A stretch of 64,000 nucleotides of DNA from Octopus sinensis (taxonomy: Eukaryota). The notes beneath the pieces are model-generated. The model was not told the DNA's origin. It ran no database searches and was given only the letters and a program-made list of their open reading frames with translations. Position 1 is the first letter of the stretch; each line of letters starts with the position of its first letter. The translations under genes were made by a program, and so were the position numbers. Shown piece after piece: positions 11,402 through 24,834 of the stretch. The stretch spans positions 132,308,001 to 132,372,000 of the forward strand of contig NC_043000.1 of the NCBI RefSeq assembly GCF_006345805.1, written 5' to 3'.

Positions 11402-13072
11402 CAAGGGATATCTCGCGGGTTCACAAGGAAACAGAAATAAGAAAATGGTACGCTGTTTCTTTGAGGATGACTTGAAACTTTATGTAAAGAAAATGCATAA
11501 GATGAAAAAGAACCTTGGCCTAGTTACAATAATCTCAAAAGATGTAGGGTTGGAGTTTGCTCAGGATAAATGTTGTTATATGGTTGTGAAAAGGGGGAAA
11601 ACTATAAACTAGACTAGCATCATCTCCAATGATTTGACTGTTTCCCCTATATTTGACGAGGAATGTTACAGATATCTAGGGGTGCATGAAAACATATCTT
11701 ACAATGGTACCAGTAATAAAACACGTGTCACTAAAGAATATTACCGTCGAATAAAGAAAATAATTTGGACCTCAGAACTCTCTGCATTCAATAAAACAGT
11801 GGCCCACTGAGCTGCTTATTGGACACTTGATGAGATCCGTGCCATTGATGTGAAAACCCGAAAAATATTAACAAGCATACATAATTTCCATATAAATGGT
11901 GAGGTAGACGGTCTTTACCTAAAACGAAAACAAGGAGGCAGAGGCTTAACACCGATCCGGAATGCCTTCGAATGTCGTATCACATCCCTTCGGCAACAGC
12001 CTTTAACCACCAAGTGTCGAAGTACATCCCTTGACCAAGTTTGCATACACGAGACTGATAACATCATAAGACTTGGAAGGGAGTTCCTTGAGCAACATTT
12101 CTTGTCTGGTAACCTAGAATTTATGTCCAAAGAAATCGCACGACTCTACCGCAACGAATCATCAGATGAATGGAGGACCCTGTATAAGCATGGATATGTT
12201 AGTAGAAATCTCCGAGATAATAGTGACATTGATCATCAAATCAGTCTATCATGGACCAATAGCTGGGTTACTACCTCCCACTTTGAAGGGTATGCATTTG
12301 CAATCTAGGAACATGAAATATCAACCAAGTACCTGATACACAAAAAGGATAGAGATGCAGGAAAACCAGAAAAAATGACAACCGATGCAGACTTGGCGTA
12401 GTTGTCAGAAAATGTCATCACGGTATTATCTACCGATGAGACATGATGTAGCTAGGGCACTATAATGAAATCTGTCGGAAGGATAACCCGAGGTCAAAGA
12501 AACAAGTACCCTCAATATGTACTAGTGGAATGTCTCAATGATTTGGGATAGAGAAAAGAAACTGTGTACGGTTGTGGAAATTAACTGCCCAGCGGATGTG
12601 AACATAAAGCTGAAGATCAGTGAAAAAGAGAATATCTACGCTGAACTATTGAGAAATCTGCAGTTACTCTATTCAGATTACAAGTTCAGGTTTATACATG
12701 TAATTATTGGGGCCCTGGGATATGTAACACACTGCCTAATTAACAATCTTGAGAAATTAGTTTCTCAAAACCAGAAAGGAGAAAGCTAATTCGAAGACTA
12801 CAAATCCAAAACCATCACTGGAACTGTAAAAATCTGTAAAACTTTCCAGAGATTTATTATTTAAATGTATATGGGCATGTCTAGATATGCAACTATATGC
12901 ATGAGAATACAAACATAAAACATACAAATCTGCACATACATATATACATACATACAAGCAAAAGTACCCTGTTGTTGATGTTGAAATTCCAATGAAGGAG
13001 CCTTGGATATAGGTTACAAACCGGTTCTTTCTCTATTGGCAAGAAATCTCGAAATAAAATGAATAATGACAA
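11402..13072 (+). mobile_element. Degenerate 5'-truncated R4/Dong-like LINE (RT C-terminus, CCHC region, RLE, 3'UTR)
   Basis: FEDDLKLY, LYLKRKQGGRGL, YLPMRHDV, IWDREKKLCTVVEINCPAD...EKENIYAELL; frameshifts and stops; (CATA)n tracts on both sides. Confidence 0.88.
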
Positions 13073-13198
13073 ACATACATACATACATACATACATACAT
13101 ACATACATACATACATACATACATACATACATACATACATACATACATACATACATACATACATACATGCATAGATACATACATACATACATACATAC
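13073..13198. repeat. (CATA)n microsatellite
   Basis: Directly visible. Confidence 0.97.
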
Positions 13199-13805
13199 AA
13201 GCGGACACCCACTTAAAATTAGGAAGTAGAAGTGATTTTAATCTGCATAAGCTCTGCTGTAGGTAAAATTTAACGTCTGGTATCACATCCAATTACAGTC
13301 GATCACATAGATCCCGGTGCTCAACTGGTACTTGTGTTATCAATTTCACTACTCGAGGGTAAGAGTATAAAAACTACACCCTTCTACCAACTCATGTCGA
13401 GTCAAAGTATCAGAATAGGTTCATCAAACTAGTATGATCTGGAGCTCAAATTAACTGCCTCGTCATCAGACCGTGGTCGGTGGAGAGAGCATGGTGAGGT
13501 CTTCGTCCTGCATTGGACAATACACAGGCAAGCCAATCCAATCCATCATATCCAATATCATCTCCATTATAAAGAAGAAAAAGAAAAGTATTTCGGACAT
13601 TTTCATGAATTCCATAACCCTCAATCCTCACGGTCACATGCAGAAACTGAACCGGCTTCATCATCAGCAAATGACTCAACAGTGTATGTAGAGATGAACC
13701 TGATGAAATCAGTCATCGGTGGAAGGCAAAAAAAAATAGCATGGTGTAGTTGATAAAATGAAATATCTGGAGGGACTATACGCTGACAATACTGGAGAAA
13801 CAAAG

Positions 13806-14056
13806 CTCTTTTACTCTTTTACTTGTTTCAGTTACTTGACTGCGGCCATGCTGGAGCACCGCCTTTATAGTCGAGCAAATCGACCCTAGAGCTTATTCTT
13901 GGTACTTATTCCTAGTACTTATTCTATCGATCTCTTTTGCCGAACCGCTAAGTTATGGGGGCGTAAACACACCAGTATCAGTTGTCAAGCGATGCTGGGG
14001 GGGGACAAACAGACACACAAACATATACACATACAAACATACATACACACACACAC

Positions 14057-14088
<32 letters not shown>

Positions 14089-14258
14089 CATATACGACGG
14101 GCTTATTCCAGTTTCCGTCTACCAAATCCACTCACAAGGCTTTAGTCGGCCCGAGGCTGTAGCAGAAGACACTTACCCAAGGTGCCACGCAGTGGGACTG
14201 AACCCGGGACCATGTGGTTGGTAAGCAAGCTACTTGCCACACAGCCACTCCTGCGTCT
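13806..14258 (-). mobile_element. SINE family A, full length
   Basis: Consensus match. Confidence 0.92.
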
Positions 14259-15044
14259 CAACCGACAGTCAGCAGCATACTCAGAAAAGGGAATACAATA
14301 TAGAAAAGGGGTTGTTGAAAATCACATCCAGAGTAATGTTCATCGAACATGTTTGAAAATAGAGCAATCTTTTTCATTAAATAAAACTAATTGAAACAAA
14401 CTCACTCCCCAATACACAACTTCTGGCCCACTGACGCGATATCTTTACTCTCTGTCATTACTACAATGACCACAGTTTCTATAAAGCTGTTATGTTGATT
14501 ATCGCCATACCAACCCATTTTACTCTCGTCATCTCTATTGTGTCTCATCCCAGGCTCCATTATAACAACTATGCCCATTCCTTCCTTGTCAGACCGTCAA
14601 CTGCTGAAATTCTCTTTTCGACTTCGTCTTTTAACCCTACGAAACACTCATTTCAGATGTTTAAACTGAACATCAACCGCATCAATCTCAACAGTCTGGG
14701 TCGACTTGAAAAGGTCACGAGCAGCAGTAGAAGTCTTCCTATGACTTGCCTAGAAAAAAAAAAGCGGAAAAAAAAAGAAGAAAATCAAAACAGGATATTT
14801 ACAAAAGAGAGTATATATTAACAAGATTTCTTTTTTCAATTAAACGACCGGATACATCTTTCTTATACAAAGGTTTCCTTCATTTCCCTTATGTTCATCA
14901 TTAGAAAATTGATCAAAGGAATTATTCAACCCTACATGACATAATTTTGTTTAAAGTCTAACTTTAATTAAAGCAAAATTGTTGATTGCTGCTTCTGTTG
15001 GTTTGTCCATGTCTTTCTTCAGAACAAACTAATTTATAGTAATA

Positions 15045-16704
15045 CTAGCAGTATCGCCCGGCGTTGCTCGGGTTTGTTTCGACCCGCTGGAATTGTAATT
15101 TTGAAAAGTAAAAATTTTGTGAACATTTTTCTGGTCGAAATACACCGAAAAGTGACGACACAGCAGTGAAAAAATCGTAAAAAATAGGGATTTTCATAGA
15201 AAAAAGCATCTTTTTGATGTAAATAATTTTGGTGTTAACATGGTCCGATTTGAATTTTATGTTCTACGGAAGGAAGAGCAACCCTTCTTCTACCATACTC
15301 TCAATTTTGGTCAACTTGCGCCGCAGGGTCTCGGAGGAGATAGTGTTAGTTGAAGGTTACCATTGTAGGTGCCTGAGTAACAACCTCGCGGATTTACAGA
15401 TAAATGAATTACTATTTTACAGAATAAAATTAAATAATTCTTGAAAATTAATTAATATTAATATTTTTTGAAGAAAGTAAATAATTTTTAAAACTTAAAT
15501 AATAATTTTTTTTACACAAACGCGAACGGGGAAAACGGGGTGGCGAATTCGATTTACATACCTAAATATTTCTTTTTCATGACATTGTAGCAAAATAGTA
15601 GTGAATTATATAAATACCAGCAGTACATTTTTTTTTCTGGGGTATTTTTTTTCAACCTCGTCACATATTTGCCCCTTTCAATTTAAACAAAGTCTTAATT
15701 AAGCAATTACGGCAGCTTAGCAATGGTTTCAATACAGGCGTGACATGTGTATCTCAATTGTTCAAAACCCTTCGAATTTTTTCGCACGTGATGATATCAT
15801 AGTGAAAACTTTCAATTACGCGCGCTTAGAAGTACGCTCGCAAATTAATACTACCAAAATTTTGAAGTTCGCGCTCCGCTTGTGTGTGTGTGTGTGTGTG
15901 CGTGCTTTAGGTGTACGTAGGTATGTGTTTTTGTGTGTGTGTGTCACTGAAGCCATACATACATATATACATACATAACCTCTCTCTCTCTTTCTCTCTC
16001 AGTCACTCACTACAAAAAGTGAATAAAAAAAGTTGTTATTTCTGTCTTTCACTCTGTCTGTCTCTTTACACACACTAACAAAAGCACTTCACTACACACC
16101 ACACTTTCTGTGTCGCACAACCCATCAAACACACACACACACACACACACACTCACGCACGCACACATGTACATCAATGCTTTCGGAGTGAAATGTTAAA
16201 TATTGAGTTTTCTCGAATTTTGTCTTAATTGGGGGTGAAATTGAAAGAAATATATTATGGCATGACCGAATGGAGTACTTTGAAAAATCTTAGGTAAACT
16301 CTAATTGAAGAAATTGTGTGAGGAGTAAATCGTTATGTATTTATTTGTTTCTGTTTGCTGTGTTTTTTTTTATTTAAATACTTTCAGTTTAAATACTTTC
16401 AGTTTAGTCTTCCTCAAATCACTCTGTCGCTATTTACTTTCATTTTATTCGTTGCACACTGTGTGTGTGCGTGTGCGTGTGGTGTAAACCACATTAAGAA
16501 AAGCATTTGACATACACACCAGAATGTGAGTTTTCTGTAAATTTTGCTTAATTGGAGTTTAAATTTTAAAAACTGGACCTGGCATGACCCGATGCATTCT
16601 ACTCTTAAAAATGCTAGGTAAATTGTAATTGAAGAAATCCTATATTGTAGATTTCTATAAGTTACAAAGGGAGGCAGATAAAATCTGCCTTTTATAATAA
16701 GAGA
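15045..16704 (-). mobile_element. Non-autonomous Helitron, 1660 bp, both termini intact
   Basis: Minus strand a|TCTCTTATTATAAAAGG ... CCCGAGCAACGCCGGG-CGATACTG-CTAG|t: 5'-TC, 3' GC hairpin, CTAG end, A|T insertion site, no TSD. Confidence 0.85.
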
Positions 16705-17100
16705 TATAATATTCTATTGCTACTACGCTACATTATCTCTATTTCATATTTTACTCGTTGCTTTATAAACTTAGGAAACTTCGTTTAAATACATGACATG
16801 TCTTAGAAAACGATATTCAAAGTTGCTTTTTAATGTTTTCATAACTTCCAGTATTTAAAATTGCAAAACGCTTAACCATCATAATTTAATATTACATTTT
16901 GGCAGACGGCAGTGGATTAGAAAATGCTGTAAATTTACTTGCAACGAGGAACTACTTATAACTTTTGGTAAGTTACCCACCACCACCACCACCATCACCA
17001 CTATCACCACCACAAACAGCAGCAGCAGCACAAGCACCATCATAATCACCATCACTACCACTACCACTACCACCAGAATCACAAGCAACATCACAAGCAC

Positions 17101-17338
17101 CAATACCTATTTCTTTACTACCTACAAGGGGCTAAACACAGAGAGGACAAACAAGGACAGACAATCGAATTAAGTCAATTACATCGACTCCAGTGCGTAT
17201 CTGGTACTTAATTTAATTGACCCCAAAAGGATGAAAGGCAAAGTCGACCTCGGTGGAATTTGAACTCAGAACGTAACGGCAGACGAAATATCGCAAAGCA
17301 TTTCGCCCGGCGTGCTAACGTTTCTGCCAGCTCGCGCC
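17101..17338 (-). mobile_element. SINE family B monomer within a (CAC)n-rich tract
   Basis: Consensus match; sense 3' end reads AAAGAAATAGGTATT. Confidence 0.88.
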
Positions 17339-18049
17339 ACCACAAACACCTTCACACTACCACCGCCATCACCACCACTACTACCACCACCGCCACCACC
17401 ACAAGTAGTTGTACCCCATCCACCACCGCTTATGGCAATATTTTATCCGTTATTGCAACATTATCATGACTATCATTTAGAAACGCAAAGAATATTTTAT
17501 GCATCGTACATCTTACGAACTCTCCTGCCAACCAAATTGTAGCAGAACCTTTGATCCCTTGTCAAGATACTCTGCAACAATTTTGCTGAATCCACACACC
17601 CACTCCTTAACCCATATAACTCAGCAGCCAACCAACAGAAAAAGCTCCCAACTTTGCAGCTTACTTCGTTTCCAACTCCACACCACTCCCAACTCCACAC
17701 CTCCTTTCTCATCACTCATTATTCCTTCTGAACATTAACCACCTGCTTGCTGTCATCTCTAACATCGCTCGTTCCTGTGCAAATGATAGCATTTCTTGCT
17801 TTTTTCTTAACTTCCCACATTCTGTGTCAAAGTTAAAAATCAATAAGATGTTCTAACCTCTTGTTTTAGAATTTTACCTTATATCCTAATTCATTGCAAG
17901 ATTAAACATGTTTATACATAGAAAGAAAAACGTTCAAGTCGTTGTTCTGACTAACACTTTCTATATTATCCGGTTGTTTGATCGTAGACTGAAATCTATA
18001 AGAAGCTTATGCCTGAACATAAGAACAGTGGACCTCGGTTGCATTGCTG

Positions 18050-18402
18050 TCATAGGATAAAGTTTTTCTTCGGGACACATAAACAAGGAGTATAAACGTA
18101 ATAATGAGTTATCAGCAACAAATAACATTTAGTATCGTTATAAATTATTATTGCTATATCACGGTATAACATCGCTGGTCACACTGCGCTTCGCATTGTT
18201 TTAGCTTTCGAAAGATGCCACTCCGATGGCTTGGTGAGCAGGCCAACGTTCTCCTCGATCGGAAGGCTATTCCGTCACAGAGTTACTCATTTACAGCTGA
18301 GCGAACTGGAATGACATGAAATGAGGTACTTTGCTTAAGAACAAAACGACAGCCCGGTCTGGGAATCGAACATACGATCTGGCGATCGTGAGTGCAATAC
18401 CT
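18050..18402 (-). mobile_element. Old D-head SINE with extended 3' region
   Basis: Collinear with 8372-8726. Confidence 0.65.
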
Positions 18403-18544
18403 TATTGTTGTAGTGAAAATGGTATACCCTCTCCCAAGTGGTATGACTCAGTCACTATAAAGTCAGACATTCAGTCGTAGGATGTGAGGAGTAGTAGAGT
18501 TGTTGAACGAGTTCTCAGTCGAAGACGTCGTATGAGCGTTCAGC

Positions 18545-18742
18545 TTTTTGCAAACGACCAGCACAAATGATTTTTTTATAGTGATCAAATGTTCGTACCG
18601 TACATTAGCTCACTCTCTCCATCAAATTGAACAGATGCACAGTGTACCACGCGTTAGGTGTCGCAGAGATCGCAGAGCAACGTAAAATGCCCAAGAACAC
18701 AACGCACCACCCGGTCTAGGAATTGAAATCACGATCTAGTGA
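18545..18742 (-). mobile_element. Old D-head SINE with another tail type
   Basis: Inverted homology to 20031-20256. Confidence 0.55.
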
Positions 18743-18763
18743 TATATACATATACATAGATAC

Positions 18764-19046
18764 ATGGTGGCTGCCCCCTCGTTATCGAGTATGGCCATTG
18801 CACAAGTTTAATCAATGTTGTTATCGTGCAATGCCTGTGCAAGGAGATATTTTTTAAAGTGAGGAAAGGCTGTGCACTGAGTCAATCCCACTCACTAAGC
18901 AACAGCAGCCATAATCCGAAAAGAAGAACAAGTCAACATCATCGGTAACCACTGGGCCGCAGGTTTTATGTCGGAGTTATCCCAGTTTCCTGAGTTACCT
19001 TCTCCTAGAAGGATGCCCTAACAAAGGCTAGGAGTCCTTCACTCCC
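18764..19046 (-). mobile_element. Bipartite RTE-derived non-autonomous element (5'UTR plus 3' tip)
   Basis: Minus strand GGCATCCTTCTAGGAGAAGGTAACTC...AAAACC (RTE 5'UTR-like motif) and 3' tip GGCCATACTCGATAACGAGGGGGCAGCCACCA; 18883-19046 matches 22313-22474. Confidence 0.65.
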
Positions 19047-19072
19047 AATAGATACATACATACATACATACA

Positions 19073-19169
<97 letters not shown>

Positions 19170-19354
19170 TATAGTAGTTATAATGTGGATCCTCGTCCAC
19201 TTATATGTTGTCGTCGGCACTATAATATTCTTGTCGCCATTATTATGTTGTGGCGGTATTCCGCGTCTTAATATCTTTGACTCATCTATAGTGCTATCAC
19301 TGATAGCTCCACAAGACAATGACTTTGAAACGTCTACCTTGACGGTAACTAGAA

Positions 19355-19612
19355 CTCTTTCCTCAGGTGCTTACCACCACATGCCATTCATGGGTTTATC
19401 TCCTGATATATATCATGTTTTTTTGTGAAACACTTTATCCGTCTGCGACTTTTCCACACTGATTTTATCTGTAAACAATCTCTGCGTTGGATTTCTTCTC
19501 TGTCGTGCCTTACTTTTAATATCATAGTGCATTCTTCTGACAGTTTCTGGAGAGTTATATTCTGGTTCATTTCCAGGTTTGTGAGAAATTTGGTTCTGAC
19601 TTCTGCATCCTT

Positions 19613-19616
<4 letters not shown>
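19355..19616 (-). mobile_element. Ty3/Gypsy gag fragment
   Basis: KDAEVRTKFLTNLEMNQNITLQKLSEECTMILKVRHD...INP*MACGGKHLRKE (decayed Zn-knuckle); similar in type to the gag at 42856. Confidence 0.6.
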
Positions 19617-19669
<53 letters not shown>

Positions 19670-19740
19670 TATATATACGTGTATGGTCTATGTATGTATA
19701 TGTGTATATATATATATATATATAATATATATAATATACA

Positions 19741-19939
19741 CGCCGCCATGTTGGATCGTTAGCCCCTACACGCATTTTTTCTCTCCTTGTTTCTTTTCTG
19801 TGTATCTTTCTGTCGAAGAGCGTAGGCTCGAAACGTAAAAGACTTGTTTTATTTCTATTCCTGAGCGCCATACTAATACATTATTTGTTTGTACTCCACC
19901 TGCCTTCGTCTTTTGTTTATTTTCGTAATCCTTCCCGTT
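19741..19939 (+). mobile_element. ~200-bp (TA)n-embedded element with hammerhead-like motif, copy 2
   Basis: Homologous to 7486-7696 with the same boundaries (CGCCATGTTG ... CTTCCC). Confidence 0.75.
19805..19842 (+). ncRNA. Minimal type I hammerhead-ribozyme-like motif, variant core CUGUCGA, GUA cleavage triplet
   Basis: UCUUU-CUGUCGA-A-GAGC(GUAG)GCUC-GAAA-CGUA-AAAGA. Confidence 0.62.
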
Positions 19940-19982
19940 ATATATATATATATATGTGTGTGGGTGTGGGGGGGGGAGAGAA

Positions 19983-20030
<48 letters not shown>

Positions 20031-20033
<3 letters not shown>

Positions 20034-20256
20034 ACATGGCTCTGTGGTTTGGCTGTGGCATTCACGGTTCTGAGATAGTGGTTTCAATTCCTGAACCGAG
20101 CGGTGTTGTATTCTTGAGCAAAATACTTCATGTCACATGGCTCTGTGATCGCTTCGACGCCTGATGTATGGTTACGCCATGCACCTGTTCAGGCAACGTC
20201 GATTTGATGGAGGGAACGAGCTAATGTTGAACACAAATCATTCGATCACATTTGTA
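20031..20256 (+). mobile_element. Old D-head SINE
   Basis: GGTTTCAATTCCTGAACC and TTCTTGAGCAAAATACTTCA; tail shared with 18545-18742. Confidence 0.6.
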
Positions 20257-20257
20257 C

Positions 20258-20485
20258 AGGCGAACTGGCAGAAACGTTAGCACGTCGGGCGAAATGCTTA
20301 GCGGTTTTTCTTCTGCCGTCACGTTCTGAGTTCAAATTCCGCGGAGCTCGACTTCGCCTTTCATCCTTTCAGGGTCGATAAATTAAGTACCAGTTACGCA
20401 CTGGGGTCTATGTAATCGACTTAATCCCTTTGTCTGTCCTTGTTTGTCCCCTCTATGTTTAGCCCCTTGTGATCAATAAAGAAAT
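20258..20485 (+). mobile_element. SINE family B monomer
   Basis: Consensus match. Confidence 0.88.
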
Positions 20486-20529
20486 CAGAAATTGCAGTAC
20501 CGTCTTTCTCAGACTACCAGAGACTACCA

Positions 20530-20579
<50 letters not shown>

Positions 20580-20950
20580 TTTATTTACACATACATATAT
20601 GAGTTCAGCAAAAATTTAGATTCAGATGAATATGGTACTTAAGTTGGAGCATCAGAATTTAGTATGGTAATATCCATACAATTTCAGAATAAGGTGATTA
20701 GAATCAAAATAAGCAACAAGGATATCCAGAGGTAATGCAGTACGATGGTTTCACGTAAATCCATTTAATTGAACAATGCAACGATTACATCAATTTAAAT
20801 GCAGAGCAATCCCCAGCTGCACAAAGACATAGAAGTTAATTAAATTAAACAGATGGACACATTAGTAGCTTCTAAGTAGAAGGAAAGGCAGCATGTTCTT
20901 TGTCTATCTCCTTAACTTCTTGGAGATTTCAGGCAAATTTATACTAATGA

Positions 20951-21072
<122 letters not shown>

Positions 21073-21081
21073 TATACACAT

Positions 21082-21112
<31 letters not shown>

Positions 21113-21245
21113 ATATAATATACATATATATACACATGCACACATATATATATATACACATACACATACACACACATATATATATATAGACATACATATA
21201 TATACGTACACACATACACATACCTATATATATATATATATACAC

Positions 21246-22552
21246 CGAGAGCCTTCTAATACCCTCAAGATCACTGATGCGGCCCCTCACACTTAATGCC
21301 ATAGATCCGTCTGAGATACTTCTGATGGAAACGTTCCAGTTGTTTAATGTGGTATCGCAGGCATAAAGAAGAGAAGAGAGCACACATTCCTTGTACACCT
21401 TTATCTTTGTCTTCCTGCATATGTCTCATCGACTCCAGAGGCGCCTTTCTAGCTTTCCGAAAGCATCACTTGCTTTCCTAATTCTGTATGGAATTTGACT
21501 ATCCAAATTTCTATATCTATTAACTGTGCTTCCCAGGTAGACAAACTGATCAACTATACCTAGTCGTTTACCATACACATAGATATTTGGTTCACTATAC
21601 TACTTATCAGGGGCAGGTTGGTACATGACAGCAGTTTTCTTGAGACTGACTGTCAATCCTAAGGCAGTGCAAGCATCAGAGAATGCATTCAAAATGTGTT
21701 GCATATCAATCTCTGTGTGCGCTACTAGATCACAATCATTTGCATGCAAAAGGTCTCTTATGATAGAGGTAAATACCTTTGTTTTTGCAGCAAAGCGCCT
21801 GTTATTAAATATGCTGCCAGAGGTTCGATAATGGATGTAAACACCATATCTGCAATTTCTGAACGCAATACAGAAAACCATTGCAAAATGAATATCCCCC
21901 TGTTTCACTCCATTTTTTATTGTGATGGGCTCCGACATTTTACCCTTGACATTAACCCTACCCTTCTTGTCTTCATGAAAAGACCTAACCAAAGCAAGGA
22001 ACTTTTCAGGATATCCAAGTTTCCGGAGGACTTTCCACGGTGCATTTCTGTTAACGGTATCGAAGGTTTTTGTCAGATCGACCAAAACTTGAAATAAATC
22101 CAGATCCTGTTCCACACACTTCTCCTGAAGCTGTCTAGCTGAGAAGATCACGTCAGCAGTGTCGCGTCCCACACGAAAGCCAGACTGACTTTCTGGAAGA
22201 ACACAATCTGGAACGTGTTTCAGCAGGCGATCCAGAAGTACCCTGCATAAAAACTTCCCTACGACAGAAAGCAATGATATTCCCCTATAGTTACCACAAT
22301 CATTCTTATTGCCAATCCCACTCGCTAAGCAACAGCAGCCATAACCCGAAAAGAAGAACAAGTCAACATCATCGGCAACCATTGAGCCGCAGGTTTTATG
22401 TTGGAGTTATCCCAGTTACCTGAGTTGCCTTCTAGAAGGATGGTCTAATAAAGGCTAAGGGTCCTTCACTCCCAGTGGTTTAACCGCGTGATCGGGTATT
22501 CAGTCCGATTATTTCTATGTCCTCACGCAAGATATAACCATAGGCTGGGTAA
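21246..22552 (-). mobile_element. Internally deleted RTE-clade LINE (5'UTR fused to RT)
   Basis: ORF 21600-22382: NYRGISLLSVVGK, LPESQSGFR, FSARQLQEKCVEQ, FDTVNR, GVKQG, LHANDC (degenerate YADD); no APE domain between 5'UTR and RT. Confidence 0.9.
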
Positions 22553-22760
22553 TATATATATAAATAAAATATAGATAAAAACGTACAATATATACATAAA
22601 ATATACGATATGGGATACATAAGATTGACATACAATATATACAATTTAAAAACACAATATACAATATGCACACACACATGCTAAACGCACACAAACACTC
22701 TACAAACATACATAGCTGAATGGCCGTTGACTGTGTTGTAGCTCCTCCGCCCTTTGAGAA

Positions 22761-23138
<378 letters not shown>

Positions 23139-23522
23139 TAAAGAAATAGATGTCCTAAAAAGATAAGTTTCAAAATCTGTCTGTACGTAATAACATGCAG
23201 AACAAGTAAAGTGTTAAATGTGTTCAATACGATATTTTGGCTGATCGTCAACTGAGTTAGCTGGTTCCATGTTGTTTCAATAACATTAAGCAGCTGATAA
23301 AATCCCAACATTCTGTGAAGGCATTTAAGCTAGAGTTCATAAAAACAATCGCGAACAAGTGTTTATCAACGAATTAAGAGTTTCACTATTTTGACAAGGA
23401 AGCGTTCTAGTAATTCCATGTTTTCTATGTCAACTTTTGCCACTACCGTATTTTCAATTTATTTCTGGCACTTTTTGCTGAGTTTACGAAAGGGATTGAC
23501 CATCACGTCTACAGCTACCGCA

Positions 23523-23897
23523 GTGGAGGCGCAATGGCCCAGTGGTTAGGGCAGCGGACTCGCGGTCGGAGGATCGCGGTTTCGATTCCCAGACCGGGCG
23601 TTGTGTGTGTTTATTGAGCGAAAGCACCTAAAGCTCCTCGAGCCTCCGGCAGGGGATGGTGGCGACCCCTCTTGTACTCTTTCGCTCCAACTTCCTCTCA
23701 CCCTTTCTTCCTATTTCTTGTCCCCGACTTCCTACGCAACCGCTGAGCCTGGATGCGCATTCATCCATCCGTCAATGCTCTCGGTGTCGGGGGTTGACCT
23801 GCTTTATCTTCTGCGGGTCTTACGAATAGCAAAGGACCACGTTTCGGACTTCTCCCATCTTGCGAGCTCTGGGACGAAGACCGTTCGCTCAACAGCA
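23523..23897 (+). mobile_element. SINE family C, tail type 1
   Basis: A-box TGGCCCAGTGG, B-box GTTTCGATTCC; 12-bp TSD ACAGCTACCGCA (23511-23522 / 23898-23909). Confidence 0.9.
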
Positions 23898-23917
23898 ACA
23901 GCTACCGCAACATGTGG

Positions 23918-24380
23918 GTGGAGGTGCAACGGCCCAGTAGTTAGGGCAGCGGACTCGCAGTAGTAAGAACGCGGTTTCGATTCGCAGACTGGGCATTGTG
24001 AGTGTTTATTGAGCAAAACACCTAAGCTCCACGAGGCTCCGGCGGGGTGGGGAAGGTGGTGAACTTCACAGTACTCCTCCACCACAACTTTCTCTTACTC
24101 TTTCTTCCTACTTCTGTCACAAAGCAGAGGAACCGTGGTTTAACCCACTATGGTGTGGTAAGCTTTCAGACCCTAGTCTAGATTGCGAATCCTCTGTACC
24201 CCAGGATGGTTCAGCTCTCCACCCGTTAAAAGCCACCGTTTACGGAATGAGGATAACAACGTAGCTTTCGCGCCCGTGCAACCGCCAGTCTATCGCGTGT
24301 GGTGGGTGGATCTTCAAGTTACCACACGCATTCTTAGTAGTTTAGAGTAGGCTACTAGAGCTTAGAGTAGGCTATTAGAG
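23918..24380 (+). mobile_element. SINE family C, tail type 2 (3' boundary uncertain)
   Basis: Same head and body to ~24110, then an unrelated tail ending in a 20-bp tandem duplication. Confidence 0.7.
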
Positions 24381-24834
24381 ATTATTCTTTGTGGCTAATG
24401 GCGTGAGTCCTGATTGGAAGAAGAAGAAGAAGAAGAAGAAGAAGAAAACAGCATGTGTCTAGTGAGTGTTGGATTTGCTAGAAGTAGCGACCATATTTCT
24501 CCCAAATCATATAATGGTGTCGTAAATGAAGAAGGATACATTGATACGTTACACAATGTAGTGCTGGATATGCAAAAAAAAAACAGTATGGTTATGGAGT
24601 GAATGCCTTTGATCATAGACCTGTTAGATCAGAACTGACCTGGGGTTAAATAACAACAACAATAACAGCAACAATAGCAGCAACAGCAAAGCACGAACAG
24701 CAACACTGTCACTAATGAAGCCCTGCTATCAGCTACCCCTCAGCGCAGTTGTTGAAATTATTGTCAGATCCCCACTACTCTCTGAAATAACTGTAAAACG
24801 CCTTATTTGATATACCCCTAAATGGATATATGTT

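Noticed and set aside
13440-14720. Possible very old Penelope remnant around the SINE-A
   Set aside because: Only vague peptide similarity; no diagnostic motif recoverable by eye
23523-23600. tRNA genes at SINE heads
   Set aside because: A and B boxes are present but there is no complete cloverleaf, and the sequence continues into SINE bodies with TSDs
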